A DNA stretch of 21,489 bases, from positions 1 to 21,489 of the forward strand of contig CAVFPH010000023.1 of the NCBI GenBank assembly GCA_963624325.1, given 5' to 3'. Each line of letters opens with the position of its first letter. Position 1 is the first letter of the stretch. Positions 10,317 to 17,571 of this stretch are shown one piece after another. The translations under genes and the position numbers were made by a program. The notes below the pieces were generated by a model. It ran no database searches. It was not told the DNA's origin and saw only the letters and a list, made by a program, of their open reading frames with translations. The stretch comes from a bacterium. Its GTDB lineage: Bacteria; Bacillota; Clostridia; Christensenellales; Aristaeellaceae.

Positions 10317-12755
10317 ATGAAGAAACTCTCTCTCCTCTTGGCCGTTGTCATGCTGCTTAGCTGCTTCGGCGGTGCCTTCGCGGAAGCTACCGCCACGGAT
10401 GAGCCGGTTGGCGCAAACGAAGTAATGGACATCCGCGCCAGCGAAGTGGACAGCGAAGCTGCTGCCGCTGAGGAAGCTTATCTTGAATCCAACTGCGAAT
10501 TTTCCGTTATCGAGGCGGATGAAACCACCGGTCAGGTGAAACTTTCCTACATGGAAGGCACCACCGCTATCCTGGATGTAGACGGCCTGAAATTCAAGGA
10601 TCTGAACAGCAACGGCCAGCTGGATGTGTACGAAGACTGGCGCAAGGACACCGATGAGCGTGTTGCCGACCTGATCAGCCAGATGACCGCGGAAGAAGAA
10701 GTCGGCCTGCTGTTCTGCGTTAACACGCAGCTTGCCGATGCCCGCACCATGATCAAGGAATACGCCTTGACCTGCCAGCTGTTCAATCTGAACGGCACCC
10801 CCGTCACCATCACCAACACCCTGAACAACCTGCAGGCGGCTGCGGAAGCCGAGCGTCTGGGCGTCCCCATGGTGATCACCTCCGACCGTGAGTACAACGC
10901 TTTCGGCGGCTACATCGATAAGTCTCATGAAGCGTTCGGCACTGCCAATGATCCCGAACTGGCGTATGAGCTGGCTTCCTTCTACGGCAAAGCCATGCGT
11001 GCCATTGGTATTCATGTAACCTTCGAGCCCTATGCCAACGAAATCGGCGCTCAGTATGGTGAGAACCCCGAACTCATCGCCTCTGTTGTACACGAGGAAA
11101 TCCGCGGTCTGGAAGAAAACGGACTTGCCTCCTGCACCAAGCACTGGATCGGCCGCGGCGGCGACAGCTCCTTCGGCAAAGCCCGCTCCGTAGCCCAGAA
11201 CTTTGACAATTGGATGGTCGGCTGGAAGGCCGCTCTGTCTGCCGGCTCCGAATGGGTTATGACCAACTGCGGCGGCACCGGCATCAGCAACACCGTAGAC
11301 GTTAAGTGGGATAAGGCAACCATGAGTTACCTGCGTGACACCCTGGGCTTTGACGGCGTAGTCGTGTCCGACTGGTGGGCACTGGGGGGTGGCCCCAGCA
11401 ACCCCGGCCGTATGACCGGCATCACATCTGAAGGCGTTGACCTGGGTCAGATGACCATCGGCTGGCTGTACAATGATGCACTGGCCAACGGCACCGATAT
11501 GTTCGGCTCCGGTTCCATGATTCGTGACTACAGCAACTGGGAATCCTCTCCTTCCTCCAACTATCCGCAGGCCATCATTGACGGTCTGGCTACCGGTGAA
11601 GTAGAAAAGGCCAATGTGGACCAGGCTGCTACCCGCATCCTGCGGTTCAAGTTCAACAAGGGCCTGTTCGAAAACCCCTACTGCGACGTTGACGAAGCTG
11701 TTGCAATCTGCGCCAGCGCCGAATGGACTGAAAACCCCGTTGCTCCTACCAATGACGAAGAACTGCGCGCTGCCCGCAACCCCGAAGAGGTTGCGCTGAC
11801 CGAGCGTCTGCAGGCTGAATCCGCCGTTCTGATCAAGAACGACAATAACCTCCTGCCCCTGACCACCGATAAGAAGGTGTACATTGATGCTTCCAGCTCT
11901 GCTGCCAAGGAAGGCTACATCAAGTACATGACCGAAAAGGGCGTTACCATTGTTGAATCCATGGAAGAAGCTGATGTAGTCGTGGGCGACTTCGGCAGCA
12001 TCAACGACGCTACAGAGCTGTTCATCGAGGATGCTCAGGACTACGGCAAGCCCATCGTTCTGACCCTCAACACCACCGATCCTACGCAGTATGCCATCGA
12101 AAGCGCCGATGCACTGCTGTACCTGAGCTACAGCCAGGGTGCTGACCACGGTTCTACCGAGGGCGGCTTCGTTACCACCACTGCTCCTTGGGTTTATGTC
12201 GATCTGCTCTACGGCGTTGTGGAGCCCGGCGGCATCATCACCAAGGAAATCGCCCGTGACACTGTTTCCGACAATGACCAGTGGAAGGATCTGGCCGGCG
12301 ATCAGGGTGCTTCTCCCTATGTCCGTCTGATGATACAGGCCACCATGGAAGATGATCCCAACCACGCTTCTCCCAGCAACTGGGGTGATCCGCTGATCAC
12401 CTATCAGTTTGGCATGAGCTACGGCCAGGATCCCGAATTCAAGTATTCCTGCCTGATCGTGCCTACCGTGCAGGTAACCACCGAGGTTGAGTCCGGCTCT
12501 TCCACCACCACACAGACCACCCTCTCCAACCAGGCCAAGGCCGGCGAGCCCTTCACCGTGTATGCCCTGCTGCGCAATAACGGCGCTGACGGCATCACCA
12601 CCGCACAGCTCAAGGCCAACGGCGAAGTTGTTGCCGAGAAGATCATGACCGTCGAAGGCGGCAGCTGGCGTGTTGTCCAGATGGAAATCACCCTAGATGC
12701 CGGTGAGTACACCATCGAACTCGGCGGCCAGACTGCGAACCTTGTAATCGAATAA
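10317..12755 (+). CDS. Secreted glycoside hydrolase family 3-like protein with a C-terminal CARDB/Ig-like domain (paralog 2)
   Basis: The architecture matches 5065-7554.
- Signal peptide MKKLSLLLAVVMLLSCFGGAFA/EA, with a weak LLSC lipobox as an alternative.
- DWRKDTDERVADLISQMTAEEE.
- TKHWIGRGG.
- GVVVSDWW (candidate nucleophile Asp).
- SAVLIKNDNNLLPL, ADVVVGDF and LLYGVVEPGG.
- CARDB-like tail QAKAGEPFTVYALLRNNGADG...EYTIELGG.
The start is the ATG at 10317, 8 nt after GGAG. The track's ATG at 10299 lies inside the RBS. Confidence 0.85.
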   Translation: MKKLSLLLAVVMLLSCFGGAFAEATATDEPVGANEVMDIRASEVDSEAAAAEEAYLESNCEFSVIEADETTGQVKLSYMEGTTAILDVDGLKFKDLNSNGQLDVYEDWRKDTDERVADLISQMTAEEEVGLLFCVNTQLADARTMIKEYALTCQLFNLNGTPVTITNTLNNLQAAAEAERLGVPMVITSDREYNAFGGYIDKSHEAFGTANDPELAYELASFYGKAMRAIGIHVTFEPYANEIGAQYGENPELIASVVHEEIRGLEENGLASCTKHWIGRGGDSSFGKARSVAQNFDNWMVGWKAALSAGSEWVMTNCGGTGISNTVDVKWDKATMSYLRDTLGFDGVVVSDWWALGGGPSNPGRMTGITSEGVDLGQMTIGWLYNDALANGTDMFGSGSMIRDYSNWESSPSSNYPQAIIDGLATGEVEKANVDQAATRILRFKFNKGLFENPYCDVDEAVAICASAEWTENPVAPTNDEELRAARNPEEVALTERLQAESAVLIKNDNNLLPLTTDKKVYIDASSSAAKEGYIKYMTEKGVTIVESMEEADVVVGDFGSINDATELFIEDAQDYGKPIVLTLNTTDPTQYAIESADALLYLSYSQGADHGSTEGGFVTTTAPWVYVDLLYGVVEPGGIITKEIARDTVSDNDQWKDLAGDQGASPYVRLMIQATMEDDPNHASPSNWGDPLITYQFGMSYGQDPEFKYSCLIVPTVQVTTEVESGSSTTTQTTLSNQAKAGEPFTVYALLRNNGADGITTAQLKANGEVVAEKIMTVEGGSWRVVQMEITLDAGEYTIELGGQTANLVIE

Positions 12756-12771
12756 TTCAAATCAAGCAAGC

Positions 12772-12803
12772 GGAGCGGAAGGGGAAACCCTTTCGCTCCT
12801 TTT
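12772..12803 (+). terminator. Rho-independent terminator after GH3 paralog 2
   Basis: GGAGCGGAAGGG-gaaa-CCCTTTCGCTCC (12 bp with one G.U pair and a GAAA loop) followed by TTTT. Confidence 0.75.
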
Positions 12804-12827
12804 AAGTGAGCAAATTTGCTTTTTTGC

Positions 12828-12856
12828 TTGAATTTTCCTGCTTTTTGCGATATGAT
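12828..12856 (+). promoter_or_regulatory. Candidate promoter of the 74-aa ORF
   Basis: TTGAAT (12828-12833), a 17-nt spacer, then TATGAT (12851-12856). Confidence 0.5.
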
Positions 12857-12890
12857 ATCCATATCCGAATACAGAAAGGAAGCATGAACC

Positions 12891-13115
12891 ATGGATGTTA
12901 AAGCCAAGATCGAAGAAATCATAAAGAAGCTGCAGAGCGACAAGGACCTGCTCTCTTCCTTCCAGAGCGAGCCGGTCAAGACGGTGGAAAAGCTGCTGGG
13001 CGTTGATCTTCCCGACGAAGCAATCCAGAAGATTGTGGACGGCGTTAAGGCCAAGATCAAGGTAGATGACGTAAAGAACGTGCTGGACAGCGTAAAGGGT
13101 CTCTTCGGCAAGTAA
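12891..13115 (+). CDS. Small hypothetical protein (74 aa), predicted all-helical, rich in Lys/Asp/Glu, with no signal peptide and no Cys
   Basis: MDVKAKIEEIIKKLQSDKDLLSSFQSEPVKTVEKLLGVDLPDEAIQKIVDGVKAKIKVDDVKNVLDSVKGLFGK. RBS AAAGGAAG lies 8 nt upstream. The ORF has its own promoter and a strong terminator. I do not recognise a family. Confidence 0.6.
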   Translation: MDVKAKIEEIIKKLQSDKDLLSSFQSEPVKTVEKLLGVDLPDEAIQKIVDGVKAKIKVDDVKNVLDSVKGLFGK

Positions 13116-13132
13116 GCTTCAAAAAGAAAATT

Positions 13133-13169
13133 GATGCGGAGATGTCAACCATCTCCGCATCGATTTTTT
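13133..13169. terminator. Bidirectional rho-independent terminator shared by the convergent 74-aa ORF and the PHP gene
   Basis: Perfect 12-bp stem GATGCGGAGATG-tcaac-CATCTCCGCATC. T6 follows on the plus strand and TTTTCTTTTT follows on the minus strand. Confidence 0.85.
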
Positions 13170-14106
13170 AACGGGTTTCCTCCAGAAATATCGGGTTTGA
13201 CCAGGCAACGTGGCCATCGGTGTCTGTTACTTCTACACGCAGATAGAACAGATCATCCCGCAGAGGACGCTCCATCGCGATTTCGGTAATGGGGGATCCG
13301 TCTGCGTGGCTGAGCAATTTTGTCACGCGTGAACAATAAAACTTGACAGATGCGCACGGCGAGCATTTGACATGGGCAATTTTGTCATCGTCAATGTAAA
13401 AATCATAAATTTCGGGGCCGGTGGAGGAATAAAATGCACCTTCACGCAGAGCACGGAGGATATCATCCACATTCTTTTCGGCATTCACACGCACCCAGCC
13501 GCGGCAATGCTGGTCCATGCTGTGGCCGTCATCCACGGCAACACCCCAGATATGCTTGCCCTGGCACAAAAGCTCATCCCAGATGGGGCCGTTATTAAAG
13601 TCCACTCCGCATTCCAGCACACTGCCTGTGTTCCACAGCTCCATGGCAAAAATGCCTTGCAGCTGCTCAAATTCGCGGGCAAATGTGCCGCTCCACTGCG
13701 GATGGCAATAGAAGGTCATCTGCTTGCTGCGGTGTGCCTCATCCAGCAGATACTGAAATTCCTGCTGATTCTGCACATAGCCGCGGGGGAATGTCTGATC
13801 CTGCTCGTATGGATTTTCCGGCTTTTCGGGGCCGAGCCATACGGTATGGAAGCAGTGAACATTGTGGTGGTTGGTGATATTCCGGTCGATTTCCGTGCCG
13901 GGAATAATCAGCACATCGCTTTCGGGAAGATAATTTTTGTAGTTGTAGATGCGATGATCCGTAATCGCAAGAAAATCATAGCCGTGCTGCGCGTGCATTG
14001 CAATCACATCTTCGGGGGCACCCTTCCCATCCGAACGGGTGGTGTGGCAATGCAGGCCACCCTTCAAAAGGGGCGAATTGCCCTTAAAAGCCGCTTGCTG
14101 AAGCAT
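13168..14106 (-). CDS. PHP-domain metal-dependent phosphoesterase
   Basis: LKGGLHCHTTRSDGKGAPEDVIAMHAQHGYDFLAITDHR is the canonical PHP motif I/II (HxH...D...DH), with later conserved His/Asp residues (HPQW, DDGH). I chose the ATG at 14106 (MLQQAAFKG), which has AGGAGG 11 nt upstream. The track's start at 14136 is a TTG, and its first codons contain that RBS. Confidence 0.8.
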   Translation of the reverse strand: MLQQAAFKGNSPLLKGGLHCHTTRSDGKGAPEDVIAMHAQHGYDFLAITDHRIYNYKNYLPESDVLIIPGTEIDRNITNHHNVHCFHTVWLGPEKPENPYEQDQTFPRGYVQNQQEFQYLLDEAHRSKQMTFYCHPQWSGTFAREFEQLQGIFAMELWNTGSVLECGVDFNNGPIWDELLCQGKHIWGVAVDDGHSMDQHCRGWVRVNAEKNVDDILRALREGAFYSSTGPEIYDFYIDDDKIAHVKCSPCASVKFYCSRVTKLLSHADGSPITEIAMERPLRDDLFYLRVEVTDTDGHVAWSNPIFLEETR

Positions 14107-14257
14107 CGATAAAACGACCTCCTTTATATTTTTCAATGTGTTTTGCCAAGTATTATTCTATCATAGACAAACACAAAAGACAACCCAAACGGCAAGAACA
14201 TGATGGAGATGAACACGCATTGATTCGCCCTATTTCGCTAATATTTGCATTGAGGTA

Positions 14258-14286
14258 TTGCAATTGCGGGCAAAATATGGCATAAT
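14258..14286 (+). promoter_or_regulatory. Candidate promoter of the CNNM/CorC pair
   Basis: TTGCAA (14258-14263), a 17-nt spacer, then TGgCATAAT with an extended -10 (hexamer at 14281-14286). Confidence 0.55.
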
Positions 14287-14329
14287 GAAAAGGCAAATTT
14301 ATTTTAACAAAGGATAGTGATCTCGTTCT

Positions 14330-15373
14330 ATGGACGATGCGGTCCCACGAAGTCTCCTCTTTCTCTGCCTGCTGCTGGCAGGCGGGTTCTTTGCCGGTAC
14401 GGAAACGGCCCTCTCCTACTGCAATCGCATACGCATGCAGGTATTGGCGGATGATGGTGATAAGCGCGCTGCCCGTGTGGTGGGCATACTGGATCAGTTT
14501 GATCGCGCGGTTGTTACCCTTTTGATTGCCATCAATGTCATCTATACGACCGCTGCGTCGGTTGCCACAATTGTGGCGGTAAATGCCATCGGCGATGTTG
14601 GTTCTGTGGTTGCCACTGTCTTTTCCACACTGGCGGTTTTCCTGTGCTGTGAGACCATTCCGAAGAATTTCGCGCGCACAAACAGCGACGCGTATATTCT
14701 TAGAGTATCGCTGATCCTGAAAATCATGATGATCATCCTGAAGCCTGTTGCCCTGCTGCTGACAGGCTTGGGTTCGTTCGTCAAAAAAATCCTGAATCGT
14801 CATGGCGAAAATGAGCCGTCGGTTACCGAGGATGAATTTGCATCCATTGTAACGGATGCCGAAGAGGACGGCGTGATCGACCATGAGGAATCATCGATTA
14901 TCAAGTCCGCGATCGATTTCGGCGATATTGTGGCAGGCGAAGTCATGACGCGGCGGGAAAACATGGTTACAATTCCCGTGAACATTGATCATGAATCGCT
15001 GAAAAAGATTCTGCTGGACAACAAGTATTCCCGCTTTCCGGTGTATGACGGCAATCCCGATCATGTGATCGGCATTCTGCGCTCGGTAAGATGCCTGTGG
15101 AAGCTGATGAACGGCACAACTTTTGATGTGCGGGAGACGCTGACAAGGCCCTATTTTGTCCGGCCGGATATGCTCATCAGCCATGTGTTTGAGGGCATGA
15201 GTGCTCGCCGTGCGCATATGGCCATTGTGCAGGATGATGTGGGGCATACCCTCGGCATGCTTACAATGGAGGATATATTGGAAGAAATCGTTGGCGAAAT
15301 ATACGATGAGGACGACAGCGAGGGTAAGGCAGTCGTTGCGCAGAAGCCTCAAAAGAAGGAGGCGGCAAAATAA
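14330..15373 (+). CDS. CNNM/CorC-family membrane protein (DUF21 plus a CBS pair) lacking the C-terminal CorC_HlyC domain
   Basis: N-terminal membrane domain LLFLCLLLAGGFFAGTETALS (DUF21 signature xFxxxETA). The CBS-pair region ends with GMLTMEDILEEIVGEIYDEDD. The protein then terminates after a 20-residue charged tail. Confidence 0.8.
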   Translation: MDDAVPRSLLFLCLLLAGGFFAGTETALSYCNRIRMQVLADDGDKRAARVVGILDQFDRAVVTLLIAINVIYTTAASVATIVAVNAIGDVGSVVATVFSTLAVFLCCETIPKNFARTNSDAYILRVSLILKIMMIILKPVALLLTGLGSFVKKILNRHGENEPSVTEDEFASIVTDAEEDGVIDHEESSIIKSAIDFGDIVAGEVMTRRENMVTIPVNIDHESLKKILLDNKYSRFPVYDGNPDHVIGILRSVRCLWKLMNGTTFDVRETLTRPYFVRPDMLISHVFEGMSARRAHMAIVQDDVGHTLGMLTMEDILEEIVGEIYDEDDSEGKAVVAQKPQKKEAAK

Positions 15374-16626
15374 TGGCACTGCTGTTGATATTGCTGATCT
15401 GTGTCCTGGTTATGTTTTCCGCCTTCTTTTCCGCTTCCGAAATTACCTACGCAAAGGCGAACCGCTTCCGCATCGATAAGGCGGCGGAAGAGGGCAGCAA
15501 GGTAGCAAAGCTGGAACAGTACATCTGCGATCATTATGTTCGTACCCTTTCGGCCGTGTTGGTCGGCAACAATCTGGTAAACATTGCCGCATCTTCTGCC
15601 GGAACGATGCTGTTTGTTCGCGTCCTTCAGGTGAAGAACGGTGCCGCCATCGCTACGGCAAGCATTACGGTGTTGCTGCTGATTTTCGGCGAGACGATGC
15701 CCAAAATTGTGGCATCCGGCATGGCGGATACCCTGGCCCGCCTTTTCGCCTATCCGCTTAAAGTAGTTATGAAAGTTTTTTCGCCCATTGTGTTTGTGGT
15801 GGAAAAGCTTGTCGGAAAGCTCTCACCCCTGTGGACACCCAAAGAGGAAGCGCCGGATGTTACCACGGAAGAACTGGTAGAGCTGCTGGACAACATTGAG
15901 GATGAGGGCGTATTTACCGAAAAAGAGGGCGAACTGATCAAATCCGCCATTGAGATTACCGATACCATGGCCATGGAGGTGCTGACACCGCGTGTGGACT
16001 TGGTGGCCGTGGATCTGGATGATGGTGTGCCGAAACTGACGGATGAGCTGATGCAGTATACGCGCATCCCCGTTTATCAGGGAACGATTGACAACATCGT
16101 CGGCATCATGTCCACCAAAAAGCTGGTTAAGGCGATTGCGGCAGGCGAAAAAGTGACGCTGCAGGATGTAATGGTACCGCCGTTGTTTGTACACAAAACA
16201 CGCATGGTGTCTTCCATTATTCGTGAGTTTCGCGATAAGCACATGCAGGCTGCGATTGTTGTGGATGAGTACGGCGGCACATTGGGTATGGTAACCATGG
16301 AAGATATCATGGAGGAAATCGTAGGCGAGATTTACGATGAGCGGGATGCTGCCGAGGATGAAATTATTCAGATCGATGCGCATACCTGTATTGTAGACGG
16401 CGATGCAAATCTTTATGATCTCTTTGACATCTTTGATTACGAACCGCAGGACTTTGACAGCGAGTACAATACCGTTGGCGGCTGGGCAACGGAACAGCTG
16501 GATCGCTTCCCGAAGGCGGGGGATGAGTTTGCATTCGATCGCTATACCGTGCGTGTGCTTGAAACCAGCGGGATGCGTGTGGAAAAGCTGAAAGTCATCC
16601 TGAACGATCCGCCGGAAGAGGAATAA
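15373..16626 (+). CDS. CNNM/CorC-family hemolysin-like protein (DUF21, CBS pair and CorC_HlyC domain), a putative Mg2+/divalent-cation efflux protein
   Basis: VMFSAFFSASEITYA (DUF21), GMVTMEDIMEEIVGEIYDERD (end of the CBS pair), and a C-terminal YNTVGGWATEQLDRFPKAGDEFAFDRYTVRVLETSGMRVEKLKV (CorC_HlyC-like). The start ATG overlaps the upstream stop by 1 nt (TAATG). Confidence 0.85.
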   Translation: MALLLILLICVLVMFSAFFSASEITYAKANRFRIDKAAEEGSKVAKLEQYICDHYVRTLSAVLVGNNLVNIAASSAGTMLFVRVLQVKNGAAIATASITVLLLIFGETMPKIVASGMADTLARLFAYPLKVVMKVFSPIVFVVEKLVGKLSPLWTPKEEAPDVTTEELVELLDNIEDEGVFTEKEGELIKSAIEITDTMAMEVLTPRVDLVAVDLDDGVPKLTDELMQYTRIPVYQGTIDNIVGIMSTKKLVKAIAAGEKVTLQDVMVPPLFVHKTRMVSSIIREFRDKHMQAAIVVDEYGGTLGMVTMEDIMEEIVGEIYDERDAAEDEIIQIDAHTCIVDGDANLYDLFDIFDYEPQDFDSEYNTVGGWATEQLDRFPKAGDEFAFDRYTVRVLETSGMRVEKLKVILNDPPEEE

Positions 16627-16658
16627 CCATTTTCCTTTCCGTTGCGAAAGACGGTGGC

Positions 16659-16704
16659 ATATCCCGCCCGCAACGATTGTTTTTTTGCGGACGGGATATT
16701 TTTA
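16659..16704 (+). terminator. Rho-independent terminator after the CNNM pair
   Basis: ATATCCCGCCCGCAA-cgattgttttt-TTGCGGACGGGATAT (15-bp stem with one mismatch) followed by TTTTTA. Confidence 0.75.
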
Positions 16705-16706
16705 TC

Positions 16707-16735
16707 TTGCCATATGGAGAGAAAACCTGTAAAAT
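16707..16735 (+). promoter_or_regulatory. Candidate promoter of the frr operon
   Basis: TTGCCA (16707-16712), a 17-nt spacer, then TGTAAAAT (hexamer at 16730-16735, with TG at the end of the spacer). Confidence 0.55.
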
Positions 16736-16771
16736 AGTATCGGACAATCTTGCTTGATAGGAGGACGAACA

Positions 16772-17335
16772 ATGCCAACTTATAAGGAAATTATCAACGA
16801 CGCGAAGGACCGTATGTCCAAGACCCGTGAAGCCTTTAAGCGCGAAATGCAGTCCATGCGTGCGGGCCGTGCCAATCCGCAGATTCTGGACCGCATCACC
16901 GTGGATTATTACGGCGTGCAGACGCCGCTGAATCAGATGGGTAACATTTCCGCCCCCGAACCCCGCATGCTGACGATTGCACTGTGGGATGCAAAGGCGA
17001 TCCCCGCCGTGGAAAAGGCCATTCAGAAAAGCGACCTTGGGCTGAACCCTTCCAACGACGGTCATGTGATCCGCCTGATTGTTCCGGAACTGAATGAAGA
17101 GCGCCGTAGGGATCTGACCAAGCTCGTACGCAAAACATCCGAGGATGCGAAGGTTGCCAGCCGCAACATTCGCCGCGATGCCATGGAGCAGTTCAAGAAG
17201 CTCAAAAAAGATGGTGAAATTACCGAGGACGATCAGCGCAAGGCAGAGGATGAAATGCAAAAGGTTACCGATGCCGCCATCAAGGATATAGACAAGATCG
17301 CTGCCGATAAGGAAAAGGAGATCATGATGGTCTGA
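16772..17335 (+). CDS. frr: Ribosome recycling factor
   Basis: MPTYKEIINDAKDRMSKTREAFKREMQSMRAGRANPQILDRITVDYYGVQTPLNQMGNISAPEPRMLTIALWD...LIVPELNEERRRDLTKLVRK. The start is the ATG at 16772, 6 nt after AGGAGG. The track's TTG at 16754 is an extension. Confidence 0.96.
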   Translation: MPTYKEIINDAKDRMSKTREAFKREMQSMRAGRANPQILDRITVDYYGVQTPLNQMGNISAPEPRMLTIALWDAKAIPAVEKAIQKSDLGLNPSNDGHVIRLIVPELNEERRRDLTKLVRKTSEDAKVASRNIRRDAMEQFKKLKKDGEITEDDQRKAEDEMQKVTDAAIKDIDKIAADKEKEIMMV

Positions 17336-17571
17336 TGACCGAAGAAGAACAGCAGCTTTTTTTGCAAGCATCATGCCAGGGCCTGCCGCTTGAACAGGCG
17401 CTGGCTGTTTGCTGTTCCGTGGATGTGTATCCCATCGTGATTTTTACGGGGGAGCGGCAGGATGACCCATGCTTTACTCCGCGCGTAATTCAGGTATGCA
17501 GGGATACGCTTGTTGCGGCTTATTTTCGGGACGGAATGCCGAAAATTCCCCCGGAGGAGGAAAATGCGTGA
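17335..17571 (+). CDS. Hypothetical 78-aa protein between frr and uppS
   Basis: MTEEEQQLFLQASCQGLPLEQALAVCCSVDVYPIVIFTGERQDDPCFTPRVIQVCRDTLVAAYFRDGMPKIPPEEENA. Its ATG overlaps the frr stop (TGATG) and its stop overlaps the uppS GTG start (GTGA). I recognise no family, so this is called on context only. Confidence 0.45.
   Translation: MTEEEQQLFLQASCQGLPLEQALAVCCSVDVYPIVIFTGERQDDPCFTPRVIQVCRDTLVAAYFRDGMPKIPPEEENA

Noticed and set aside
12419-13111. A 230-aa minus-strand ORF spanning the end of GH3-2, its terminator, the promoter, and the 74-aa ORF.
   Set aside because: It runs through a strong terminator hairpin and a promoter. It is Ser/Thr/Leu-rich low-complexity sequence, lies antisense to two well-supported genes, and has no RBS.
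14287-14329. A possible Mg2+ (M-box) or other riboswitch ahead of the CNNM/CorC pair.
   Set aside because: The predicted leader is only about 43 nt and has no extended helices. It is far too short for an M-box or comparable aptamer.
17469-17567. A longer UppS starting at the ATG at 17469, as in the ORF track.
   Set aside because: The 33 extra residues (MLYSARNSGMQGYACCGLFSGRNAENSPGGGKC) look non-protein-like and have no RBS. The GTG at 17568, by contrast, sits 7 nt after GGAGGAGG and gives a normal-length N-terminus before HVAIIMDGNGRW. The region is better explained by the +1-frame 78-aa ORF, although this remains to be tested.
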